This document shows positions 28,588 to 38,283 of a DNA stretch of 64,000 nt, piece after piece. The position numbers and the translations under genes were made by a program. The notes beneath the pieces are model-generated. The model searched no databases, was not told the DNA's origin, and was given only the letters and a program-made list of their open reading frames with translations. How positions within the stretch are numbered: the first letter of the stretch is position 1; every line of letters starts with the position of its first letter. The DNA lies in IMG/VR virus record IMGVR_UViG_3300028829_003504, positions 62,001 through 126,000 of that record; one strand, written 5' to 3'.

Positions 28588-30975
28588 ATGGCTACTACCA
28601 ACTTTGCACCTCTGCTTACAGTGGGTGATGAATACGACTTGTCACCTTTTAGTGGCAGAAACATGGTAATACATGCCCAACGCAATAACACAGGATATAC
28701 GTATACATTCAGCATTGACATACTGACTGGTTTTGATCAAGATCGTTACTACGGTCTTATTGTACCTTCGGGACATGGAGAGATACCTCAATCCAATCCT
28801 AATCAGTTGTTTAAAATCACAGCCGATGCTAAGCTTGTACCTCTTAACTATAGTGATGGTCTTGCAGCACAGATTAGCTACCTTACAGGTGATGATGCAG
28901 GAACTCCAGATATCAATGTACATTGGGGATCAGTAGCCCAGCTTACGGTTATCTCAAGTACTGCAAATGAGGGAACTGAGGCGCTACTTAGAATATACAG
29001 GGATGGTGATACTTCGGGTGCGGTTGATATTAATATTGGTTTTATTCCGGGGACCGCGGACTTAGATGATGTACAGTCTATACCTCCATCTGTTACTATG
29101 CAGTCGGGCTTCTCGTTTGTGGATGTACCTATTACTATTAAGACTGACCTTGATTACGAAGGGGACCAGTCATTTTTATTAAGTGCCCAAATAGCAAATG
29201 CGCCTAATGGGGAGGAATGGACAGGTAGTAACTACAGGCAGTTGGTTATTGTAGATACAACTCCTGAATTTCCTGTAGATGTACCCGGTTGTATGGACGT
29301 TACCGCTAACAACTATAACGATGAGGCTACGATCGACAATGGCAGTTGTACCTATGACCCTGTAGTTGTACCAGGCTGTACTGACCCTCTAGCCAACAAC
29401 TATGATCCACTGGCTACTTCGAACAACGGCAGCTGTACATACGACCCAGTGGTGGTATACGGATGTACTGACCCTTCGGCAAGCAACTATAACCCACTAG
29501 CTACAGATAATGACAATTCCTGTGTCTATCCGCCTCCTGTAGTGGACTGTCTAGTCGTAGGAGACTTACTGGAAGTAGAACATTGGTTTAAAGTTTGGTT
29601 TATAGAGCCTGTTGACGGAGAACAGCTACACGACCAAGATTTAATTCAGTATAAGTGGAGCGGTGACTGGGTAACTGACCCTCGTATAGACCTATTCGAT
29701 TACTCGGAGAAAAATCGTGTAGCGATGTTCAAATTCACCAACACTATGTCTTCATCTGATAGTGACGTAGATGTAGACTACGAGGTAACAGCTTGGGCTA
29801 AAGATTTAAGGTTCATTACGTTAGATGTTACTGACGAAGATAGTGCCAATGTAAGCTTCTCTATGCCTTGTGTTATTGCAGGTAATACCCCAAGCTTTAG
29901 CGTAGGCGACATTACAGTTACGGAACCTAGTAGCGGTACCCTAAAAGCATCTGTTTATATAACGGCAAGCGAAGCCGTAACGGGTGGATCTATTACAATC
30001 GATTACTGTTCGAGTGATATAACCGCTACGTCATCTAGTGCCTCTGTAGATGGAGACAGAGATTACGAGCCTGCCTGCGGTACGGTTACTTTTGAAGTAG
30101 GTGAAAGCTCTAAACAAATAGATGTAACTATAAATACTGATAATCTGTACGAACCTTCCGAGACATTAAAGATGACCATATCTAATGTCAGTCGGGGCAG
30201 TATATCAGACTCGGTAGGTACTATAGAGATACAAGAATGGATTGTTCCTACAGTATCAGTTACTCTGGCGTCACAGGGAGCTACGAAAGAATTGTTTGTG
30301 GGTCGCGATACTTCCGGATCGACGGATGCGGTTGAGGTGACAGTAAACGGAAATGTCGAATCAAGACGTTTCTTGATGGAACAGGTCCTCAAGGACTATG
30401 ACATAGCTATATGTGATGAACCCGTTGAGACTGGTCACGGTAATGACGGATGTTCAGACAATTCTAATCCCCTGTCCCACTATAAAGGTGTTGCGGGTGC
30501 TACTAGTAATTTGACTGTCAACTATATAAATAGCATACAACCTCTTCTTGATTCAGGTACTCAGGAGATTAGTATCCTAGTAATGAATGATAGCTCCGAT
30601 GCAATATCCCATGATAACTCTGTATGGGATAACGAGTGGGCTTGGCTAGGAGCTTTAGGTATCCCTGTTACTCTGACCTTCATACGCGTAATAGGGCAGA
30701 CTCATATAGATAACGGTACAGGTAACTATGAATTGGCTCGCATCTGGTTTGAAGAAATCGTTGCTGCTGCACCAGGTAATGTAACGGCTTACTTTAAATC
30801 CTATAGCTCCTACACAACAGGCGCAGCCAGTGACCTAAATGATATACTAAGCAGTACAGTCAATAATGACTATGCGGCAACATGTAACGCCCGACCCGAT
30901 GACGTTATAATAGTAACAGCACCGGACGAAGACTCAGCCTTATCCTTAGCACAGGGAGCCATAACATGTCCTTAG
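28588..30975 (+). CDS. adhesin-like fibre protein: Calx-beta, 3x Cys repeat, Calx-beta, vWA-like domain
   Basis: Two Calx-beta motifs, GC(T/M)D..A.NY...AT..N.SC.Y repeats and the MIDAS-like DTSGS at 30307. Confidence 0.75.
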   Translation: MATTNFAPLLTVGDEYDLSPFSGRNMVIHAQRNNTGYTYTFSIDILTGFDQDRYYGLIVPSGHGEIPQSNPNQLFKITADAKLVPLNYSDGLAAQISYLTGDDAGTPDINVHWGSVAQLTVISSTANEGTEALLRIYRDGDTSGAVDINIGFIPGTADLDDVQSIPPSVTMQSGFSFVDVPITIKTDLDYEGDQSFLLSAQIANAPNGEEWTGSNYRQLVIVDTTPEFPVDVPGCMDVTANNYNDEATIDNGSCTYDPVVVPGCTDPLANNYDPLATSNNGSCTYDPVVVYGCTDPSASNYNPLATDNDNSCVYPPPVVDCLVVGDLLEVEHWFKVWFIEPVDGEQLHDQDLIQYKWSGDWVTDPRIDLFDYSEKNRVAMFKFTNTMSSSDSDVDVDYEVTAWAKDLRFITLDVTDEDSANVSFSMPCVIAGNTPSFSVGDITVTEPSSGTLKASVYITASEAVTGGSITIDYCSSDITATSSSASVDGDRDYEPACGTVTFEVGESSKQIDVTINTDNLYEPSETLKMTISNVSRGSISDSVGTIEIQEWIVPTVSVTLASQGATKELFVGRDTSGSTDAVEVTVNGNVESRRFLMEQVLKDYDIAICDEPVETGHGNDGCSDNSNPLSHYKGVAGATSNLTVNYINSIQPLLDSGTQEISILVMNDSSDAISHDNSVWDNEWAWLGALGIPVTLTFIRVIGQTHIDNGTGNYELARIWFEEIVAAAPGNVTAYFKSYSSYTTGAASDLNDILSSTVNNDYAATCNARPDDVIIVTAPDEDSALSLAQGAITCP
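29287..29529 (+). repeat. three tandem 29-aa (87-nt period) GCTD..A.NY...AT..N.SC.Y repeats
   Basis: Units start at 29287, 29374 and 29461, each with two Cys. Confidence 0.9.
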
Positions 30976-31637
30976 AAGTTCCTGTATTTGTACAGAACGT
31001 ACCCATTAGGCCTTTGCAGCGTAAAGTACAGTGGTACGAGTTTACGCCGTCAAAAGTAAATGGTTTCTTCGACTTCGTACTATCACAAGGGCGTAAGCCT
31101 ATAGGCCGTATCGATATATTCCTAGGAACTAAGTTAATTCAATCGACCAGTCCTACAGATGCACCTGAATTTGATATACAGACCTGGAAGAACTTTAATG
31201 CCAGTAAGTTTGCGATGGAGCCTAGAGGCGCTATTGAGTTTAGTAATATAGATAAATTCTTTATAAATAAAGATGATGTTATTTACGTCAGGATAGAGGC
31301 AGAATTACCGGCAGCCTTTAGATTTTCACTTAATAGATGCCATATCCTGGATTTAAGTGAGTCTATCGGCCTCGTTGTAGATGTATGTAATAGTACTAGA
31401 TTAATTGTCGATCAAGGCCGCCAACCTTGTAATTTCAGAATAGACTTTGGTAAGATACTTAGTACGGATTTTACTCTATCGGAGCATACCAGTAAGATAC
31501 TGTCGGTGCCTATTAGCGCAGACGCTTCGGTTGAGTGGTCTTATGTACCAGGCCGCGATATTAGAATTCGAAGTATAGAACTTTCTACCATAGTACCCTA
31601 TAAAACTAATATTCGAATAGTGAGGAGTAATGGCTAA
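30966..31637 (+). CDS. hypothetical virion-associated protein
   Basis: 223-aa beta-rich ORF with GGAG RBS. Confidence 0.7.
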   Translation: MSLEVPVFVQNVPIRPLQRKVQWYEFTPSKVNGFFDFVLSQGRKPIGRIDIFLGTKLIQSTSPTDAPEFDIQTWKNFNASKFAMEPRGAIEFSNIDKFFINKDDVIYVRIEAELPAAFRFSLNRCHILDLSESIGLVVDVCNSTRLIVDQGRQPCNFRIDFGKILSTDFTLSEHTSKILSVPISADASVEWSYVPGRDIRIRSIELSTIVPYKTNIRIVRSNG

Positions 31638-31845
31638 CTCAATCTTATTAAGAGCTAGGGATTCAGATGGGAGTTGGATTGAAAACTTCCATCTAGGTGC
31701 TTGGTTGATGCGCAATGAAGATAATACCGCTTGGGTACCAATGACAACTGCAAATACTAGAATCGCTAATCCTGATTATGATCCAAATGATTTAGATTCA
31801 ATTATGTGGTTGGTTCCCGGCGACCCAAGACAAACTGGAGATTAG
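31630..31845 (+). CDS. small Trp-repeat virion protein
   Basis: GAGGAG RBS; R.RD...W / MRN..N..W units resemble a segment of 23413..26070. Confidence 0.7.
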   Translation: MANSILLRARDSDGSWIENFHLGAWLMRNEDNTAWVPMTTANTRIANPDYDPNDLDSIMWLVPGDPRQTGD

Positions 31846-31846
31846 T

Positions 31847-32608
31847 ATGTTAACTAAACCGAAGATTAGTATGATAGCTCCAAGTCAGAACTCTGCTGAT
31901 AATGATGTAGTGAAGACGGCTGGAGGTAAGTTAAAGTCGGAGCAGAATGTAGTACCTATAGGGGACGCCGCAGTTAAGAGTGGCCGATATGATACTACGA
32001 CAGGCACTTTGATGATAACGTTAGGTGATGACAGTACTTTAGTCGTGGAGGGTTTTCCTACTGACCAGAGTATAGGAACTGGCCCTAAAGGTGATAGAGG
32101 TGCTGTAGGAAAAGGAGGCCGTCCTGGCAAGAACGGCAAAGATGGATTAGATGGCCCTCAAGGATGTCCAGGGTCTAAAGGAGATAAAGGTGAAATCGGT
32201 CCTACAGGGCCAGAAGGCCCTATGGGTATAACGGGTGAGCAAGGTATTCAAGGTATTCAGGGCCAGCAAGGTGACAGGGGACCTAAAGGAGAACCTGGGC
32301 AAGAACCTATTTACGTATACAGTGAAGCAGGTAGTGAAGAACGAACAGTACAATATGGCCGTGTCATGCTGTGGGGTCACTATCAGTCGGACGGTAGCGT
32401 TAACACTGCTGATGTTAGGTATCCTCAGGCTACAACTAGACTTACACAAACTGTAGTAGCCTTCTTCGCTAATCCTCAATCCGTTCAAGCTCAAAACTAT
32501 GAGATTGAAGCGCAGACGAAAGAAGGGTTTGCTCTACGCGTACCATCATCATTTGCCTTACCCCTTGATGACGATTGGGACTTCCAATGGATAGCACTAG
32601 GAGATTAA
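31847..32608 (+). CDS. collagen-like tail fibre with C-terminal lectin-like tip domain
   Basis: MLTKP N-terminus, about 24 triplets, and GRVMLWGH...V.YP.A...GF.....F.WIALG typical of fibre tips. Confidence 0.8.
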   Translation: MLTKPKISMIAPSQNSADNDVVKTAGGKLKSEQNVVPIGDAAVKSGRYDTTTGTLMITLGDDSTLVVEGFPTDQSIGTGPKGDRGAVGKGGRPGKNGKDGLDGPQGCPGSKGDKGEIGPTGPEGPMGITGEQGIQGIQGQQGDRGPKGEPGQEPIYVYSEAGSEERTVQYGRVMLWGHYQSDGSVNTADVRYPQATTRLTQTVVAFFANPQSVQAQNYEIEAQTKEGFALRVPSSFALPLDDDWDFQWIALGD

Positions 32609-32609
32609 T

Positions 32610-33104
32610 ATGTTTTATGCTTCGTATGACGTAAATAAAAAGGGCGATAACATAAAAGGATTCTATCCTTTAACTCACCCTGAGATACCTAAACAGTGTA
32701 TACAAATCACAGAAGCCCAGCGTGATAAAGTAATACGGTACCCAAACCATTTTCGTGTTGAATCCGGTAGGTTAATACAGATTAAAGACACGAGGCAGGA
32801 GCTACAGAGACGGAGATTAAGTAATATCCGTAAAGAAGCTAATGCTAAGAACAAGTCGCCTATAATAGTAGGGAATCTAAAGTATTTTGTAGATTCCACG
32901 TTCTTAGGCAATCTTAATCTTAATTTAAGTGTATGCTCAAATTTAAAAGGTCATGTATGTTCTCTATGGGCTGTCAATAGTTCAGGTGATTGGGAATTTA
33001 TAGTACATGATAAACAGATGCTAATTGATGTGGCTGTTGCTTTCAACTCTAGGCGAGAATCTATATCTAGAGAATTGTACGGTCAATCACCTAGTGATAC
33101 TTAA
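32610..33104 (+). CDS. tail fibre assembly chaperone-like protein
   Basis: GFY...HPEIPKQCIQITE pattern of Tfa-type chaperones; directly follows a fibre gene. Confidence 0.6.
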   Translation: MFYASYDVNKKGDNIKGFYPLTHPEIPKQCIQITEAQRDKVIRYPNHFRVESGRLIQIKDTRQELQRRRLSNIRKEANAKNKSPIIVGNLKYFVDSTFLGNLNLNLSVCSNLKGHVCSLWAVNSSGDWEFIVHDKQMLIDVAVAFNSRRESISRELYGQSPSDT

Positions 33105-33127
33105 ATCAAACTAAACGGAAATTAACG

Positions 33128-33988
33128 ATGGATGAAAAATTAGTTACATTCGTTGATCGTTGTCTAAGCATTGCTGCTGAAAGAGAATTGGCTTACGACA
33201 AGCCAATTATCATAGTAGTAAAGGCTCCAACGACAGGTGAAACTACTCGCATAGTAATAGCCCATAGTGAACCTCATGGTTTAGTGTTACCTTTAAACGT
33301 TACATGGGTAGTATCGGATTCAGACGACCTCGCATATAAGAAAGTATTCAAGCGTTCTTCAAAATCTACTGAGGTACCTTTTGAAAATACCTGGAGTGAA
33401 CTCACTACGTACGAAGAGGTGTTTACTCCTTTTCAGTACTACGCAGATGAAGATCTTCCAGAAGTAGACTACATTGTAGGTGAAGTAGCAGACCATCTAG
33501 ATAAGACCAGTGACGACGATGTACACGGAAGTACGTCCTATACCAACGGAAGAATTTCCGTCTTACAGGGTTCTTTCGGAGCTGTTTACCAGAATCTGAA
33601 CCAACGTATCGTGTACAATGATCAAAGGATTAGAGAACTGGAGAGTGTAAGCTCTGAAGGTTTATCTGAAACCATATTAGCCCTTGAGTTAGGTGGTTTA
33701 GAAAGAGACGCAATACTAACTGACCTTACTGATCGTATAGTGGATATAGAGAATGGAAGTTCAGGAGGCGGGTCCACTGGATACAACAGCTATACGAAAA
33801 TAGTATCAGATGCGGATACGTCTTGGGTTATAGACCATAACTTTGGCACCAAAGGCCTTATATGTCAAATATATGATGAAGACTTTAATCCTGTACTGCC
33901 TTCAAGTATGCAGGCAATCAGCGATAATCGTTTGATAGTACTATTTGACGTGGACCAAGCAGGTCGGGCTGTTTTAATCAGTACATAG
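33128..33988 (+). CDS. virion structural protein with coiled coil and C-terminal W.I.HN.G domain
   Basis: SWVIDHNFGTKGLICQIYD...V.P....V.F...AGRAVL. Confidence 0.75.
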   Translation: MDEKLVTFVDRCLSIAAERELAYDKPIIIVVKAPTTGETTRIVIAHSEPHGLVLPLNVTWVVSDSDDLAYKKVFKRSSKSTEVPFENTWSELTTYEEVFTPFQYYADEDLPEVDYIVGEVADHLDKTSDDDVHGSTSYTNGRISVLQGSFGAVYQNLNQRIVYNDQRIRELESVSSEGLSETILALELGGLERDAILTDLTDRIVDIENGSSGGGSTGYNSYTKIVSDADTSWVIDHNFGTKGLICQIYDEDFNPVLPSSMQAISDNRLIVLFDVDQAGRAVLIST

Positions 33989-33989
33989 G

Positions 33990-34937
33990 TTGTACATCAT
34001 GATAAGACTCAAGACCCGGATCCTCGTTGCACTTATTTTTATGCTGTTTAGTAAATCAATATGGTCGTCATATACTCTCTTCCATAAAGATGAATTTACA
34101 ATGGCCGTAGTTAGATCCCCTGTCGGTTCTTATTACGGTAATCCATATATAAGATATATTGCCGAACACCTAGATCAAGTAGGTGTCCATGTTATATATA
34201 TCAAACCTACTATCACGAAAACACGCATACCCTCTAACTATCAAATAAACTTGATTGCAGGTAAGATACTAAAAACATCTCCTAAACAAGTACTAGCTAG
34301 TGACTCCCTAATAAAAAGGTTGAAGGAAGCATTGCCCTTTAAATGGCACAGTAGACTAAGACCTTTCTCTTTTGTAGATCTAGGATCGTCATATATTGAG
34401 CAGTATTCCATGAAGTTAAGGAATTTCATAGAATCCTCAAATTTTTCGTATGACCGAATCTATATACTACATGATCAGACCCCTTTCAGCACTGAAAGGG
34501 CTTTGAGCATAAGAGGTAACCTCATAAAAGCTAAATTCCCAATCTCCAAAATAACATTAGTAACCATTAAGAACTTCCATAGTATAGGTGCGGAACTTAG
34601 GAAGATTTCACATAAGCCTCCTTCTATTATAATCAATAGCATCTTTGTTATAAATGACCTGGAGGTTAATAAGTTGAGGTATAGTGATGACGCTAAACAG
34701 TCAATATTAGATAACAACAGAAAGCATTTAGATATAGGTTTCTGGGTAGCCCGTGATAACGAGGCTTTAATCATAGAACCTAACCCGAAAGATTTCTACG
34801 ACTATTTAATTCTAGGTAAAGAGATTTCACCTGTGCGAGTTAATCTTTACGTCAATAAGAAAAGAATGAATAAACTAAAAATGCAACACATGTATATCAA
34901 TGGCATGGGTGATTTAGATGGATTACTAGACAGATGA
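33990..34937 (+). CDS. secreted/periplasmic protein, possibly periplasmic substrate-binding fold
   Basis: N-terminal signal-like segment (RILVALIFMLFSKSIWS). RIYILHDQTPFS and LYVNKKRMNKLKM resemble ABC substrate-binding proteins. Confidence 0.5.
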   Translation: MYIMIRLKTRILVALIFMLFSKSIWSSYTLFHKDEFTMAVVRSPVGSYYGNPYIRYIAEHLDQVGVHVIYIKPTITKTRIPSNYQINLIAGKILKTSPKQVLASDSLIKRLKEALPFKWHSRLRPFSFVDLGSSYIEQYSMKLRNFIESSNFSYDRIYILHDQTPFSTERALSIRGNLIKAKFPISKITLVTIKNFHSIGAELRKISHKPPSIIINSIFVINDLEVNKLRYSDDAKQSILDNNRKHLDIGFWVARDNEALIIEPNPKDFYDYLILGKEISPVRVNLYVNKKRMNKLKMQHMYINGMGDLDGLLDR

Positions 34938-35248
34938 CTACGAGAAAGAAATTTAAACTACTACTCATTCTAGTAATTGCAGTTGTAGGGATAACAACAA
35001 TAAGTCATTTCTCCGTATCAAGTGGAATACAAAAAGAGCGTGAGAAGATTAGAGAGGACATTGTCTGTATATCCGCTATATGCTTAGATACAGGAATAGG
35101 TAATGAATGTTTTACCTTACCTTCGACAATAAGTAAAATATCGATTGTGGAAGATTTGAACGTCTTCGGAGCAAAGAGATTAATTATAGAGCCTGGCGAT
35201 AGTAGCTGCGGTGTAATAAGGAATGGTGGTACTAATGGAGTTCCTTGA
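34934..35248 (+). CDS. small single-pass membrane protein with 4 periplasmic Cys
   Basis: Basic N-terminus followed by LLLILVIAVVGITTI; ATGA overlap. Confidence 0.65.
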   Translation: MTTRKKFKLLLILVIAVVGITTISHFSVSSGIQKEREKIREDIVCISAICLDTGIGNECFTLPSTISKISIVEDLNVFGAKRLIIEPGDSSCGVIRNGGTNGVP

Positions 35249-35783
35249 TTTACTCCTCAACAGCCCTGTAGCCGTGATAGTACTTACAGTAATACTTTGC
35301 TGTTTTACTGCTTATGGTTATTTATCAGTACTTCCGATGATGGAACGTAATGATATGTTGAACAAGAGGAATAAAGAGCTTGAAGACAAGCTCTTAACAC
35401 AAGGCGGAGTAATAACTACGTTACTTCCGCAGTTGGAATCCTTTATAGGTACAGACTTCAAGGACACCTTACGAGGAGTCAGTGATAGTCTATTGCTTCT
35501 TCAGGAGTCAGTTAACCAATTGAAGGCTTCGGCTAGAGATACTAGTAACCTATACAGTAAGTTCGATGCTTTAAAAGATAAGATTGACCGTATAGATTCC
35601 GTTATAAACAAACACCCAAATAACCTTGAGTCTGAAATGGCTGAACTTAAAAGGTCAGTAAGCGATATACATAGTGAGTGCGTCGGGCTATTGAGACGTT
35701 ACGATAGTATCGCAGGGGCGCTTATTCAAAATAACACTGGCCGAATGGACGGTCAGCCGGTGCACTTGGAAGGCCTAAGATGA
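35223..35783 (+). CDS. membrane-anchored coiled-coil protein
   Basis: N-terminal TM (VAVIVLTVILCCFTAYGYL) followed by heptad-rich helices. Confidence 0.7.
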   Translation: MVVLMEFLDLLLNSPVAVIVLTVILCCFTAYGYLSVLPMMERNDMLNKRNKELEDKLLTQGGVITTLLPQLESFIGTDFKDTLRGVSDSLLLLQESVNQLKASARDTSNLYSKFDALKDKIDRIDSVINKHPNNLESEMAELKRSVSDIHSECVGLLRRYDSIAGALIQNNTGRMDGQPVHLEGLR

Positions 35784-36538
35784 TATTCATTAAAAACAAC
35801 ATAAATTTCAGGCAAGTTAGTGCATTGGCGCAATCTAACTTCCTACGAAGTAAAAGTTTCATGCTAAATGAAGTGTTGAAGTCAGAAAAACACGTATTCA
35901 GCAGTACCTCAAAAGAGATACTGCTGCAAACCTACAAGGTGTGGACGGATTTACTCATAGTGACAGAAGACTTCTTCGTAAGTAATAGTAAATCCGTCTG
36001 TGACGCAGAGGCTTTGGATTTTCTCAACTCCGAAGCTAAGAAACGTGTTGAAGTATTACGTAAACATTTCGTGTCTAAACCGGAGTGGTTTGATCAAGAG
36101 TTTATAAACGTATGGCTTGAGATACAGGATTCGCGTAAGGTACAACTTAAGCAAACTCTGTCCCACACGGCATTAAATGAATCAGCTACTTCGGCATATA
36201 ACAGTATGACGTTGCACCTTATATCATTTATGAACCACGTATTATTTACATTACATGAAATAGACTACCTCTTGTACTTCAACGATAGAGAGGATTTTCT
36301 ACCTTTTGTGTACATTGACACGGTAGATGTTAATTTTAATATAGCTACTGGTAATTGCTATTCCTCTACGAGGATTGACATATACCGAGCTTTGAATCTA
36401 CTTAATACGGAAACCATAGAAATTAAAAATGGTTTCCGTAAAGAGCAACTGGAAGATGATAGTAAATTCGCTAAAGCGTATAAAGCTATAACTTCCGAAA
36501 TTGAATCACGTGGCATAACGATAGGTTGTATTACGTAG
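35780..36538 (+). CDS. hypothetical helical protein
   Basis: 252-aa ORF with ATGA overlap. Confidence 0.7.
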   Translation: MIFIKNNINFRQVSALAQSNFLRSKSFMLNEVLKSEKHVFSSTSKEILLQTYKVWTDLLIVTEDFFVSNSKSVCDAEALDFLNSEAKKRVEVLRKHFVSKPEWFDQEFINVWLEIQDSRKVQLKQTLSHTALNESATSAYNSMTLHLISFMNHVLFTLHEIDYLLYFNDREDFLPFVYIDTVDVNFNIATGNCYSSTRIDIYRALNLLNTETIEIKNGFRKEQLEDDSKFAKAYKAITSEIESRGITIGCIT

Positions 36539-36574
36539 ATATTTAAAACTAAACCTTAATTGGAGAATTCTTTT

Positions 36575-38257
36575 ATGAATTTATTAGGTAATTTGGCATT
36601 AACCGGTGGCGGTGTCATCAAGAAGCTTCGCCCAGAAAACTTAGCAGCAGATCCAGTATCTCCTTTAGTGAGCCAAATATGGTTTAATACAGTAGACCTG
36701 GCATTAAAATACTTTGACGGCACTGAGGTACACCAAATCGCCCAAGGTGGTGATTTAGACGAATACTTACGCCGTGACGGTTCCTTACAAATGGGTGCCG
36801 ATTTAGAATTATCAAGTGTAGATCAAACGGCTTCTACGGATTTATCGGCCGTATCTAAAGGTCATTTAAACACGGAGCTTGATAAGAAAGAATTAGTTCT
36901 TACAGGTGCCGCTACTACTATAGCACATGACGATCTAGATGCTGACCTAGCACTTGTCTCTGATGCTGCAGGTAAAGTAAGTGCCTCGGCTACTACTTCC
37001 GCACAAGTAGGCTACTTATCTACTTTGACTTCTGACGTCCAGGTTCAGCTAGATAGTAAAGAAGACGCTCTTGGGTATACTCCGTTAGATAAAGCTGGAG
37101 ATGCAATGTCAGGCCAGTTGGCTATGAATACAAATGCTATTGTAGGCTTACCTGCAGCGGTTGACGCAACTTCACCTGTACGTCTTGCGGAATTTGACGG
37201 CTTTATAGCTGGGTTTAATTGGCAAGAAGATGTCATTGCAATTCAAACCGATGCTTTGACCGATCCAGGAGCCGCTCCTGAGGAAGGCGCTCGTTACGTA
37301 ATCTCAGATGCAGCTAACCTACATGCCAACTTCGGTACTATTGCAGATGTAGAAAACAATGACATCGTAGAGTTCGATGGTACTGACTTCGTAGTAACTT
37401 TTGACGCTAACGTTGTTACTGATCCAGATGGTGCAATGGTTTGGAACACAGGCGCTGCAAACAACTACCGCTTAATCTCAGATGTGTGGACTCCTTTCTA
37501 CGGCCTAGATAATCTAATCGCCGGTACTGGTCTTATTAAATCAGGCCAAACGTTTGATGTGAACTTAGGTGCAGGTATCGGCGAAACACCTTTTGACGAA
37601 GTAGGTATTGACTACGCACCTAATGGTGGTCTTTGGACTCAGGTAGCAGGCGTTGAGTCCACCGACTCTGCGTCTACTTTAGCAATCAAGCTTAATGGTT
37701 CTTCGTTAAAAACTACCGTACTAGGTCTTGAAATCAACGCTGACGGCATCGACGAAACAATGCTAGTTAGTTCTGCTTTAGGTAACGGATTACAAGGCGG
37801 TTCGGGTGTTACTCTTAACGTTAAAGGCGATACGGGTATTACCGTTTCAGAAACTGGTGTTGCTTTCGATGAAACTTATGGCGATGAACGTTACGCTACT
37901 CTATCCGGTGCTACATTCACTGGTATTATTAAAGGTGTTACGCCAGTCGATGATGAAGACTTATCTACTAAAGGTTATATTGACACGGCTGATGCCTTAA
38001 TCAATGAAGCCATTACGGCACTAAGTACTAAAGTAGGAGGTGGTCACTTTGTATATGAAGAAGTTACTACTCCAGCTTCTAGCCACGTTGTAGTTCACAA
38101 TTTTGCCAACAAGTATGTTGACGTTACGGTTGTGGATACTTCGGATGAAGTTATCCTACCTGATAGCATATCTTATACTGATGATAACACTGTGACTGTT
38201 GGCTTCACTAGCCCAATCCTTTGTAGAGTCATTATAACAGGTGCTAACAAGTCGTAG
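36575..38257 (+). CDS. fibre-like virion structural protein
   Basis: Start placed at the ATG after a GGAG RBS. QIWFNT....KYFDG, YLRRDGS..M, LGYTPLDKAGDAMSG, LIAGTGL.K.G and a C-terminal HNF domain. Confidence 0.75.
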   Translation: MNLLGNLALTGGGVIKKLRPENLAADPVSPLVSQIWFNTVDLALKYFDGTEVHQIAQGGDLDEYLRRDGSLQMGADLELSSVDQTASTDLSAVSKGHLNTELDKKELVLTGAATTIAHDDLDADLALVSDAAGKVSASATTSAQVGYLSTLTSDVQVQLDSKEDALGYTPLDKAGDAMSGQLAMNTNAIVGLPAAVDATSPVRLAEFDGFIAGFNWQEDVIAIQTDALTDPGAAPEEGARYVISDAANLHANFGTIADVENNDIVEFDGTDFVVTFDANVVTDPDGAMVWNTGAANNYRLISDVWTPFYGLDNLIAGTGLIKSGQTFDVNLGAGIGETPFDEVGIDYAPNGGLWTQVAGVESTDSASTLAIKLNGSSLKTTVLGLEINADGIDETMLVSSALGNGLQGGSGVTLNVKGDTGITVSETGVAFDETYGDERYATLSGATFTGIIKGVTPVDDEDLSTKGYIDTADALINEAITALSTKVGGGHFVYEEVTTPASSHVVVHNFANKYVDVTVVDTSDEVILPDSISYTDDNTVTVGFTSPILCRVIITGANKS

Positions 38258-38283
38258 TATGATACGCTTAGTTAGTTGAATTA

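Noticed and set aside
29287-29529. Regularly spaced repeats as a CRISPR array or DGR template/variable repeat
   Set aside because: They are in-frame protein repeats diverged at synonymous sites. There are no unique spacers, no A-specific mismatch pattern and no cas or RT gene in the window.
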